Source: an uncultured Gammaproteobacteria bacterium
GTDB lineage: Bacteria; Patescibacteriota; Patescibacteriia; Magasanikbacterales; GWA2-37-8
Reading direction: 5' to 3'
Length of the DNA: 64,000 bases
NCBI GenBank assembly: GCA_964596525.1
Contig: CAZQUL010000001.1
Location: forward strand, 806,509-870,508
The number at the start of each line of letters is the position of its first letter. The stretch's first letter is position 1. Both the position numbers and the translations under genes were made by a program. Below the pieces are notes generated by a model, which saw nothing but the letters and a program-made list of their open reading frames with translations, did no database searches and was not told the origin of the DNA. This document shows positions 17,404 through 26,006 of the stretch, piece after piece.

Positions 17404-18408
17404 ATGTCCTTCCAGCCCCCGAACCAGCCGCGTGCCTTCGTCTGCCCCGCGCCCCGGAGCGTCGACAACCGCATCTTCGCCCCCGTCATCAAAGCCAATG
17501 GCCTCCTCATGGCCGTGGCCTACCAGCGTGACGGCGAAGCACCCACGCTCGTCAACCTGTTCCGTGAGCCTGGGCGCGACGACGGCCGCATCCTCGTGCC
17601 GCTCCCGCCCGAGGGGGTGAACGTCAGCCTGCTCATCTTCAACCCCACCTCGAGTGCCATCGGCATCCTCGGTGCGGTCGAAGGCGTGTCGATCGTCAAC
17701 CCGAAGCAGGGCGTGTTCGAGCCCACGACCGCCTCCTGCCTGGTCATCAACCCGGGCATGGAAGGCGAAATCGCGGGCTACGTGAACGTCGCGGCGAACG
17801 GCGTGGCAGCGCTCGCGCGATGGAGGCTCCAGCCGGTCGGCTATGGCACCACGGTCGGCGAAGCCACGAAGAAGACCACGGATCTGCGCGGTCAGTGCGA
17901 CCTGTATGTCCGTACCGCCTACCGGGACTTCATGCGCCAGCCCATGGACGACGGCTATATGCGGGATATCGCCTCATCATCCGGCAACCTCGGGTACGAT
18001 CCGGGGCTCGTCGCGGCGCGTCCCTCGCGTCGTGCGGAGGACCTGGATGAGCCGAACTGGGACCATGACAAGCTGCGCAGCCCCAGCAAGGGTACGCGCA
18101 ACGCTCCGGATCGGGGTGGTACCGTACAGGTCGGCATCGGCACCGACGTCACGCAGGAGATTGAGGATCTCCAGCCGGTCTCGTTCTGCCTCGGCGAGAC
18201 AAGCCCGCTCTGCCAGCTCTGGATCGTGGCGCGCTCCGAAGTGCTGCGAAGTTGCATCGAAGGACATCTGGGCCACCGGGCCTGGAACTGGGAGTGTACT
18301 TCCGAGCTGGCCTGGCAGCACCTGAACTCGCTCACCCCGCCGCCTGCCCCGGTCGTCCCCGGCGTGCCCACTGCCCTGAAGGGCTGGGGGTCTGCGCGCC
18401 AGCCCTAG
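17404..18408 (+). CDS. GC-rich hypothetical protein
   Basis: ATG 17404 after GAAAGGAG SD; strong GC3 bias; followed by a terminator. Confidence 0.82.
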   Translation: MSFQPPNQPRAFVCPAPRSVDNRIFAPVIKANGLLMAVAYQRDGEAPTLVNLFREPGRDDGRILVPLPPEGVNVSLLIFNPTSSAIGILGAVEGVSIVNPKQGVFEPTTASCLVINPGMEGEIAGYVNVAANGVAALARWRLQPVGYGTTVGEATKKTTDLRGQCDLYVRTAYRDFMRQPMDDGYMRDIASSSGNLGYDPGLVAARPSRRAEDLDEPNWDHDKLRSPSKGTRNAPDRGGTVQVGIGTDVTQEIEDLQPVSFCLGETSPLCQLWIVARSEVLRSCIEGHLGHRAWNWECTSELAWQHLNSLTPPPAPVVPGVPTALKGWGSARQP

Positions 18409-18432
18409 CGCGAATCTGAGGCGCGCGCTTTG

Positions 18433-18468
18433 AGCGCCGTTATCCTGTAAAGGAAGCGGCGCTTTTTT
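18433..18468 (+). terminator. Intrinsic terminator
   Basis: AGCGCCGT..TCCT/AGGA..GCGGCGCT followed by a T run. Confidence 0.75.
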
Positions 18469-18492
18469 GATAGTAAAGATGATGCAAAAACA

Positions 18493-18521
18493 TTGACTTT
18501 TTTATATATGTACGCTATTCT
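18493..18521 (+). promoter_or_regulatory. Sigma70-type promoter
   Basis: TTGACT-N17-TATTCT. Confidence 0.6.
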
Positions 18522-18637
18522 ACGCCGTTAAACTTTCCACCTAGGAATATACTTCGTATTTCTTGGCGGTACGTTTACCGACCCGTTTTTAACGGGATCT
18601 TTCTCTGACAACACAACGCATACGAAGGAGGATTACG

Positions 18638-19921
18638 ATGGCGACCCAGACAGTTCTTGATCCGACCGCTTATCTCGGTTTTGCTAACGGTCTGCCGCTC
18701 TTTCGCGAGCACCGCCAGGCGCTCATCGCCGCGATTGGAGGTCTGGCACACCAGTTTTTGCTTTCGCCCGATGAAGAGCGATCGACGGTAAGAGAGTTGG
18801 TACCGGAAGGTGCCTGGTATCAGCATGTGCCCCGCGATCCGCGTCATGTCGACGATCTCTTGATCAACAAAGTCGGCAACAGGGTGGCGCGGGCGATGAT
18901 TGGCGAGCTACTTGCTCGCTTCAACGCGCTCACTACCGTGTGTCCGCTCGGGCATCTGGGTGTTGGTATCGACAATGGCTCCTGGACAGTGCGCGCCACC
19001 GGAGAGCGTTGCCTCGTGCCCACCTGCCGAGAGACCATCTTGTGGGAGCCTCCGCCGGTTTCGCACTACGACTGGGTCGACGACTGTCTGGTTTCCCTGG
19101 TGGTCCGCGATCGGGTGATTGGCGGGTGCAACGTGCCGATCCATATCGAAAATATCGAGCGGCTCGTCAACAGCATGGGCGGATTGCGTCCTGAGGTTGA
19201 ACAGGTGCTCTCAATTGCGACGCTCCAGAACCGGGGGCTTACCCTTAAGAAGCTTCTCGGTCAGCTGTGGCGTACGCACGCGGTGCGCTATGGCCATCAG
19301 CCGCTCAAGGTTCTCTGGTCGTTCACCCGGCATAATCCCGAATCAGTGGCATATGTGGTGGACGAGCTCAAGAGCGCGGCGTTTGCGGCTGTAACACGCC
19401 AGGCGTCGAGTGGTCCGCCGCCCGCTCCTACATCAGTAGCTCCGCGCAAGAAGCGCGAGAAGCTCTCGGTGGTGGCTATTGCCGCGGCTGACGAAGGCAT
19501 CGATCTGTGGATTCTCCAAGACGTGGCCAAAAGCTTAAAGACCCTCAAGGACTACTCAAGAATTACCGTGTGGACTACGGCGAACTGCACCTTTCCTCAC
19601 CTTATGGCAGAGTGCCTCCCGCCGCAGCTCCAGAACGCCGATGTTGTCTTGCTCTTTTTGAGCGATCGGTTCTTTAAGAGTCCCTGCGGTAAAGAAGCGG
19701 AGCGAGTTCTCCACGGCTTCTGCGACGGACTTTTCCCGTTCCGTATCTACTTGGTGAAGATAAACACCTACTCTTCGGAGTTGGCGTATAACTTGCCAGC
19801 GTTGGTGGATAGCAAGGGCTCGCGGCCGAGTGATGTCGATACGATTGTCCGCACTGCCGCTCTCAAGCTCGCCACCATTATTCCGGCCCACCTCGAGATC
19901 TTTGATCGCGAAAACGCCTAG
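18638..19921 (+). CDS. Multidomain protein with C-terminal TIR-like domain
   Basis: AAGGAGG SD; LKTLKDYSRITVW...LQNADVVLLFLSDRFFKSPCGKEAERVL...IYLV resembles bacterial TIR_2; central CPLGH...CLVPTC. Confidence 0.7.
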   Translation: MATQTVLDPTAYLGFANGLPLFREHRQALIAAIGGLAHQFLLSPDEERSTVRELVPEGAWYQHVPRDPRHVDDLLINKVGNRVARAMIGELLARFNALTTVCPLGHLGVGIDNGSWTVRATGERCLVPTCRETILWEPPPVSHYDWVDDCLVSLVVRDRVIGGCNVPIHIENIERLVNSMGGLRPEVEQVLSIATLQNRGLTLKKLLGQLWRTHAVRYGHQPLKVLWSFTRHNPESVAYVVDELKSAAFAAVTRQASSGPPPAPTSVAPRKKREKLSVVAIAAADEGIDLWILQDVAKSLKTLKDYSRITVWTTANCTFPHLMAECLPPQLQNADVVLLFLSDRFFKSPCGKEAERVLHGFCDGLFPFRIYLVKINTYSSELAYNLPALVDSKGSRPSDVDTIVRTAALKLATIIPAHLEIFDRENA

Positions 19922-19935
19922 CTCTATACCCCCAC

Positions 19936-19959
19936 AAGCAGCTTCCCAAAGCTGCTTTT
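19936..19959 (+). terminator. Intrinsic terminator
   Basis: AAGCAGCTT/AAGCTGCTT followed by T residues. Confidence 0.65.
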
Positions 19960-20004
19960 GCATGTGTGCAAAGTTATACACAGAGTAAACTCTCGGACAA
20001 AGTG

Positions 20005-20034
20005 TTGTGATGTGGTATACTCTCTACATCACAA
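20005..20034 (+). promoter_or_regulatory. Extended -10 promoter (TGgTATACT) inside an inverted repeat
   Basis: TTGTGATGT...ACATCACAA flanks TATACT at 20016-20021. Confidence 0.55.
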
Positions 20035-20070
20035 GGAGCAAGGAGGGGCCCCTCTTTTTTGTTTGCTTCA

Positions 20071-20237
20071 TACTAAGTGAGGTCGTTGCGAATACGAGTT
20101 ACTTTAGGGTGACTCTCTTTATCCTCGCCTTATTTTTGGATGGCATCCGCATGCGCGGGTCGATTCTGAGCTTAAGGGGAAGATAAGCTCCTGTCAGCGA
20201 TGACGGGAACCTCTTTTCGCAATGACGTCCTTTAGTA
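20071..20237 (+). ncRNA. Candidate multibranch structured RNA (cis-regulatory or ncRNA)
   Basis: GTCGTTGCGAA/TTCGCAATGAC plus TACTAAG/TTTAGTA closing stem; internal hairpins including CCTGTCA-GCGA-TGACGGG (GNRA loop). Confidence 0.6.
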
Positions 20238-20312
20238 GGAACTCACAACGGGTTTCTGCGATTTTACAATTTTTACGACATAAGGAGGGGGAGATGTGCT
20301 TGTTGTTTCTTT

Positions 20313-21128
20313 ATGTCATCATCAAGGTGGGAGACCTTCCTTTTTAGTTTTAGCTCATTGGTAAAGGCGGTGCGGCGAAAAAGCCAGACGTCATCGTTTT
20401 CGCGTCGGGCTTTTTTTCTTGCGCTGCTTTTTTTTGGTGAACTTTTATTGGTTGTCATAGCGTTGCCGCTTATCGTGTTCCGGTCAAAAGCAGCTTTGCC
20501 GCGTGAGGTGGAGCGTTTTTACCGGGCACATCGACAAGCTATGCTTCTGCTTATCGTTCCGCTTCTTAGTATCGGAGTCGTTAAAATTGGTCTTGTGGCG
20601 TATGCTTGGACCTCGCCGGACGACCGTACGGTAAACATTACCGTGCAGTCTGATGAAGTAATTAAACCCTCGATACTAGCTCGTTTTCCGTCTACGGCCA
20701 CGGGTACGCTGCCGCCGCCAGTGGTTGCTGGTATGGCAATGGTGGCGGGTAATACATCGTGGTTTGGGACAGCTGCGCCGGGTGCAGGCGTGGTGGTAGT
20801 TCTTGAACCGGTCGGTGCGCCAGGTGCTGCACGTTGGCTTTTTGCCACTACGTCAAAGGACGGTTCGTGGCAGATTGTGCCTGAAGAACGGGTAGCACGG
20901 CTCGACTCCGGTTCGTATCTCGTTACCGCAACGGCTTTTAATCCGCTCACCCTCAACAAAAGCGCGTCATCGGGAGCCCGGCTTTTTGTGGTTGAGCCGC
21001 GTTTACGAGAAATGCTCCTCCGCCATGCCGATACTGCGGCGAATTGGGCGGTAGCTATCCTGGGCGCGGTCACGTATCTTTTTGTCATCGTTACTTACTC
21101 CGCATCGTATGGAAGAAAAACGCGTTAA
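20313..21128 (+). CDS. Membrane protein with an Ig-like extracellular domain
   Basis: Two N-terminal TMs, GTAAPGA.V.V...T..DGSW...L..GSY.VTA Ig-like pattern, C-terminal TM. Confidence 0.75.
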   Translation: MSSSRWETFLFSFSSLVKAVRRKSQTSSFSRRAFFLALLFFGELLLVVIALPLIVFRSKAALPREVERFYRAHRQAMLLLIVPLLSIGVVKIGLVAYAWTSPDDRTVNITVQSDEVIKPSILARFPSTATGTLPPPVVAGMAMVAGNTSWFGTAAPGAGVVVVLEPVGAPGAARWLFATTSKDGSWQIVPEERVARLDSGSYLVTATAFNPLTLNKSASSGARLFVVEPRLREMLLRHADTAANWAVAILGAVTYLFVIVTYSASYGRKTR

Positions 21129-24100
21129 GAAGAACGTTTCTGTCCGAAAAACGGCTGGATCGGTAAAAAAGCTGCAGCTGACTAAAAAAACCATTGTCCG
21201 TCGGGCGCAAAAATCATTGCCTGTCTCCGTTCGCCCAACGTCGTCAAGACCAGATTTTAGCTTAGAAAAACTACTTTCTTTTATTCCTCGCATCGAAGCG
21301 CGGCGTTTGCCTTTGTTCGTTCTGCGTCTTGGCAATTTTTTGGCGCAACGCGCCCGTCGATCAGCTGTTTTGGCGCTTGGTCTTATTGCTCTTTCCGTTG
21401 TGCCGATGGCCTGGTCGTGGGCCGTTGCAGATCAGAATGAGAGCGCTCCGTTAGAGTATATTAATTGGACGTTTGCTCCTGAAAAAACGGTAGCTTACCG
21501 TTACGATCCAAGCCGAATTCAGATCGTTGATGGCGTGGCTATTTTGAAAGCAATCCCGCGTGAAGAAATGCCGCGTCCCGAAGAACCTGTTGCGAATGGT
21601 GAAGCTCCTCTTCTCGTACCGACGAGTATGACGGATGAGCCTGATGAGCAGCCTGGTGCAGGTGAAAATACTCCTTCTTCTACCAATGAAACAACTACAC
21701 CGTCGACGCCAGCACCTCCTTTTTCAGAAGAGTCCGATGTAACTACTACTGCGAAGCGTACACCCTGGTGGAGGAGTCTGGTTGGGCGAGTTATTGCTGC
21801 CGAAGATGAGAGTATAGTGTCGCCTTGTTACGCTGAAATCGAAGCGCTTGAACCGCAAACTCTGCCCGCGCGAACAGAGCTTGCGGCGTTTGAAGCGATT
21901 ACGGTAACGGGAGGCGGACGCGTGGATTTTCAACTTTCTCGCGATGGTGGGGCAACATGGCGAGCGTTTTCTGATGATGAATGGGTCGCGTCGTCGACAC
22001 TTTTTTCTTCAGCTGAAACGATTAATCGGCATCTCGATAAGTTCGGGTCAGCGGAAACTATTTTGTTCCGTGCCCGTTTGATGAGTGCGTGTGAGGAACC
22101 GGTTGGTCTGGTGCGCGTGAGTGTCGGCTATGCCAAAGAACGAATTCCGGAAAAATCTGTTTCTGCACCTGCGCTCGAGGTTGCTATTTCCACATCTTCG
22201 TTTGAAGTGGTGAAAGCGAATCATTCGGCGGAGCGTAGCGCTGAAGAAGGACAGTATCTTACCGTCGATCGTTTTCCGCTTGCGTATCTTGAAGGCGCGA
22301 GTACGACCTGGGCGGTTTTTCCGTGGCATGAAGTTGTAGCGGGGCACACATCTACAACCAGTTGGTTGCATTTGGGGGGAGCGTCACGTGATGGTTTGGC
22401 AACCGTGCAGCTTATCGTGCCGCGGCGCAGGGCGGATGCCGGTGTACGGGTATGCCCGGGTGCCCAGAATGCGAATGAAGTGTACCGTGGCTGCCCAAAC
22501 GAACATATTCTTACGCTTGAGGAACCCACATCTTCGCCGTATTATTTGACCGCTTTGGAAGATCTTGATCGTTGGCATATTGAAGCGCCGGCAGCCGTAT
22601 TTTCCACGGGAGCGGAGCCGATCATAGACGCGCTTGTCGCTGAATGGGCGATGGACGATAGCGACGTGTGCCGGATCGTAGACACGTTTGGTCGTGCGAC
22701 CGGTACCATAAGCGGCAGTTGTTCTTTAGCACCCGGCCGTATTGAAGGAAAATTTGGCACCGCGCGTCTGGCAAGTTCAACCAGCTCGCCTTTCGTGATT
22801 CCGTTTGTTGCCCCGGCGGCTACTACGTCGTGGACGTTTAGTACCTGGGTTTACCCTGCCACGTCAACCGCGCTACGCGTGCTCGCTGAGCAGGCGGATC
22901 AGTTCCGTTGGTTTGCCGACCCGGACAATCGTTTGCTGTTTGACTATCGAGATAGTACGACCGGCCAGTGGCAACGTCTAACTCCGAGCAATGCCTTGCT
23001 GAACAGTTCGTGGCAACAGGTTGCCGTATCTGCGGGAGAAGAGGGGGTTGCGCTCTATCAAAACGGCACGCAGGTTGCTTTTGCGTCGTCTACTGCGCAG
23101 TTTTTGTCTGCCTCTTTTTTCTTAGGAGCTGCGGCAACGAGTTCGGAAGCAGGGTGGGTAGGTGGAATTGATACGTTCCGCTGGTATAATTATCCGTTTA
23201 CTCTTGAGCGTGCGGCCGAAGAATATGTCCGCGGCAGCAACCATGCGCCGGAGCTACGCCTTGATGCGCCCGTGTTTAACGCAGCTTCTGGCACAGTTTC
23301 GTTTCCCTATACGTTATTCGATTACGATGCCGATGTCGTACGCTTGCCGCGCGTGGAGTATTCAGCCACCGGAGCGTTTATCGGCGAAGAGCGGCCAGCG
23401 ACACCAGCGGTTGCCGATTCTGCGCATAGCGGTACGGTGAATCTGCCGGCGCGGCGTGATGGTGTGCGTGGGACGTTTGTCTGGGATCTGCGTACTGATG
23501 TTGGCGATGCCGTGCACGAGGACATGGCAATGCGCATTGTCCCGGCCGATAGTTTCGGCGAAGGTAGTGCAACATCCACCCATACCGGACGTCTGGCTGT
23601 GTGGAGCGTGGATGGTGAGCCGGTGGTGGGGGGTAGTCATCGGTGTACGCCGCAAACACCCCGTTGTTCTACGCTTGGTCAGGCTTTGTCCCAAGCGCGC
23701 GACTATGACACGGTCCGCGTTGCGACCGGTACGTATCCAGAACAGATTACGATTGAACGGCCGCTTTCTTTTATTGGCCAGGGGAATCCGCGTATCGATA
23801 CGGTGAAACTTGTCAAAAACGGTCGTGTGGTGCGATCACGCGGCGTAGTGGCAGAGCGTATACAGCTTGATAAAGCGAGTGGTGACGTACGTATCGCCGA
23901 CGCGCTTCTAATCGCTGCCCCGGGTGCAGAGATTGTTTTGTCCGCCGGAACCTATAAAGAAGACACGCAGCTTGCTATCCGTCAGTCAGTTTCCATCAAG
24001 GGTACCAGCCAAAGTTCTACTGTCATCGTCAGTCCCCGTACGATCGGTACCCAGTTTGCTGATTTATCACTTATCGATATTGCTGGCACTAACGATATGG

Positions 24101-25968
24101 CGACACGGACCATCAATGTGAGTGTCGAAGATTTGACGGTAGATGTTGAGCGCATGCCTCGTCTTAAATTTGGCATCATGGTGCGCGGTGGTGCGTATGC
24201 GCATCTCAAGCGCGTGACCGTTAAAGGAACGCTGCCGGCCTGGGGTGACTGGAACACCGGTAATATTATCGTGGGCTGGAAAGATTTCGGGTATGCCGGT
24301 GAGGCACTTATCGAAGATTCGTACACTACTGATTTCCATTCTTTCGGCGTGGCGGCATATGGCCCGCGTAATAAGGTAACTCTTAAGCGCACCACAATTC
24401 AGGGAACACCCTCGATGAGCGTTTGCAACGGTGCAGTCGGTGTTATCGTTCAGTCAGACGCCGTGGCCGATATTGCGGCGACAACTATCCGCGGCTTGAT
24501 GCGCAATCCTGTAACTTCTACGTGTCCGGCGCCGGTTTACGGATCAGGACTCGAGCTCTATTGGGCCGGTAAAGTTCGTATCGAAGGTTCCCGTTTTGAA
24601 AGTGGTGAATATGGTATCGGTTCGTATAACCAGTGGGGGCCCAACCAGCCACTGTCCATTGTTGGTACCACGTTCCATAATCTTGATGTTGCCATCCAGC
24701 TTGGCGGCAGTATCGGCTTTGATGATTTCCGTTTAAATAGCTTCACGAGCACTACGTTGGCTATTCGCAATACCATGTCGACGCCCGTGGTTGCTTCTGC
24801 CTCGTGGTGGGGTGATGCGAGCGGTCCGTATGATCCTAAACCGTTGCCAGGTATACCGGATTACAATAATCCGTCCGGGAAAGGCGCAGCAGTGACGAGT
24901 TACATCGATTACCGTAATTGGCTTACTTCTGTACCATTTCAGATTTCGGTATCATCAACGGGCGGTGGTAGCGTTACGCCGGGTGGGATTTTTGAAGCGG
25001 CGTATCGCGGCATGATCGACTTTGCCCTTATGCCTGATAGTGATTACGACATTGATGACCTTGTAGTGAATGGTGTTTCAGTCGGACCTACTACGTCGTA
25101 TCGCATTGGTGAAGTGACGTCGAGTTACACGATTTTTGCCGCCTTCAAGCAGCGCCCGCCGCGGCCGATCGGTGGCACGGACCCAACGCCGCAACCGATT
25201 GTGTTCGTCCCTGCGCCTCCTTCGGCTCCGGTATCGGTTGCGTCTGCTACATTGCCGTCGGTGAGCAGTACGCCTGGTGTTTCCTCGTCTTTACCTGACC
25301 TGATCTCGGATGCGCGCTCTGGCGTGCCGGACTATCAATTCCCCGCGTCATACACATATCTCCAAGATAACACGCACCTGCAGACTGGCGTTTTGAATTC
25401 GTCCTCACCCATTCTTGCGATAAGTATTGCAAGTAGCGCAAAACCATCCGTTGTTGGTGCTAACGTTCGGGCGTTCCTTGCGCCGCGTTCGCAACCGGTT
25501 TCTCCTTCCACTACTGCACCGCTTTCAGCCACGCCTTCACTTTTGCCGCAGACAGAAATAACGAGTGTTACCCCAGCTGCGCTTAATGACCGTCTTGTTA
25601 TTACGGGTACAGGTTTGCCGCACGGCGAAGCGCTAGTCTTTATCCATTCCGAAGAAGCGGTTACCTACCGTGTCACGGTCGACAAAACCGGTGCGTGGTC
25701 TTTGGTGCATGACCAAGCTGTTGTTGCGCTTGAACCGGGTGACCATACGGTATATGCGGTTTCGTATGATCCCAAAACCAACATCAGCTTGGCTCCTAGC
25801 CGTGTGCATGGTTTTGTTATTGAGCAAAAATGGTTCAGCTACCTCATGCGCTACGTAGATGTGCCAACGACGCTCATGACGTTTGGCATCTTGCTGCTTA
25901 TTGCGGTCGGTTTATCTACCCGGCTTAGGATAGAATATGGTATAGTACTACCACGTTCTCAATCGTAA
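21109..25968 (+). CDS. Giant cell-surface protein (LamG-like, beta-helix/pectin-lyase-like and Ig-like domains, C-terminal TM)
   Basis: WTFSTWV..WQQVAVS..LYQNG..GGIDTFRWYN (LamG); TLGQAL..TVRVATGTYPEQITI (beta-helix); WWGDASGP; GGGSVTPGG..LVVNGVSVG; TM near the C-terminus. Confidence 0.88.
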   Translation: MEEKRVKKNVSVRKTAGSVKKLQLTKKTIVRRAQKSLPVSVRPTSSRPDFSLEKLLSFIPRIEARRLPLFVLRLGNFLAQRARRSAVLALGLIALSVVPMAWSWAVADQNESAPLEYINWTFAPEKTVAYRYDPSRIQIVDGVAILKAIPREEMPRPEEPVANGEAPLLVPTSMTDEPDEQPGAGENTPSSTNETTTPSTPAPPFSEESDVTTTAKRTPWWRSLVGRVIAAEDESIVSPCYAEIEALEPQTLPARTELAAFEAITVTGGGRVDFQLSRDGGATWRAFSDDEWVASSTLFSSAETINRHLDKFGSAETILFRARLMSACEEPVGLVRVSVGYAKERIPEKSVSAPALEVAISTSSFEVVKANHSAERSAEEGQYLTVDRFPLAYLEGASTTWAVFPWHEVVAGHTSTTSWLHLGGASRDGLATVQLIVPRRRADAGVRVCPGAQNANEVYRGCPNEHILTLEEPTSSPYYLTALEDLDRWHIEAPAAVFSTGAEPIIDALVAEWAMDDSDVCRIVDTFGRATGTISGSCSLAPGRIEGKFGTARLASSTSSPFVIPFVAPAATTSWTFSTWVYPATSTALRVLAEQADQFRWFADPDNRLLFDYRDSTTGQWQRLTPSNALLNSSWQQVAVSAGEEGVALYQNGTQVAFASSTAQFLSASFFLGAAATSSEAGWVGGIDTFRWYNYPFTLERAAEEYVRGSNHAPELRLDAPVFNAASGTVSFPYTLFDYDADVVRLPRVEYSATGAFIGEERPATPAVADSAHSGTVNLPARRDGVRGTFVWDLRTDVGDAVHEDMAMRIVPADSFGEGSATSTHTGRLAVWSVDGEPVVGGSHRCTPQTPRCSTLGQALSQARDYDTVRVATGTYPEQITIERPLSFIGQGNPRIDTVKLVKNGRVVRSRGVVAERIQLDKASGDVRIADALLIAAPGAEIVLSAGTYKEDTQLAIRQSVSIKGTSQSSTVIVSPRTIGTQFADLSLIDIAGTNDMATRTINVSVEDLTVDVERMPRLKFGIMVRGGAYAHLKRVTVKGTLPAWGDWNTGNIIVGWKDFGYAGEALIEDSYTTDFHSFGVAAYGPRNKVTLKRTTIQGTPSMSVCNGAVGVIVQSDAVADIAATTIRGLMRNPVTSTCPAPVYGSGLELYWAGKVRIEGSRFESGEYGIGSYNQWGPNQPLSIVGTTFHNLDVAIQLGGSIGFDDFRLNSFTSTTLAIRNTMSTPVVASASWWGDASGPYDPKPLPGIPDYNNPSGKGAAVTSYIDYRNWLTSVPFQISVSSTGGGSVTPGGIFEAAYRGMIDFALMPDSDYDIDDLVVNGVSVGPTTSYRIGEVTSSYTIFAAFKQRPPRPIGGTDPTPQPIVFVPAPPSAPVSVASATLPSVSSTPGVSSSLPDLISDARSGVPDYQFPASYTYLQDNTHLQTGVLNSSSPILAISIASSAKPSVVGANVRAFLAPRSQPVSPSTTAPLSATPSLLPQTEITSVTPAALNDRLVITGTGLPHGEALVFIHSEEAVTYRVTVDKTGAWSLVHDQAVVALEPGDHTVYAVSYDPKTNISLAPSRVHGFVIEQKWFSYLMRYVDVPTTLMTFGILLLIAVGLSTRLRIEYGIVLPRSQS

Positions 25969-26006
25969 CCTTCTCGCCCGTCGGGCCTTGTTCTAAACAA
26001 TCACGT

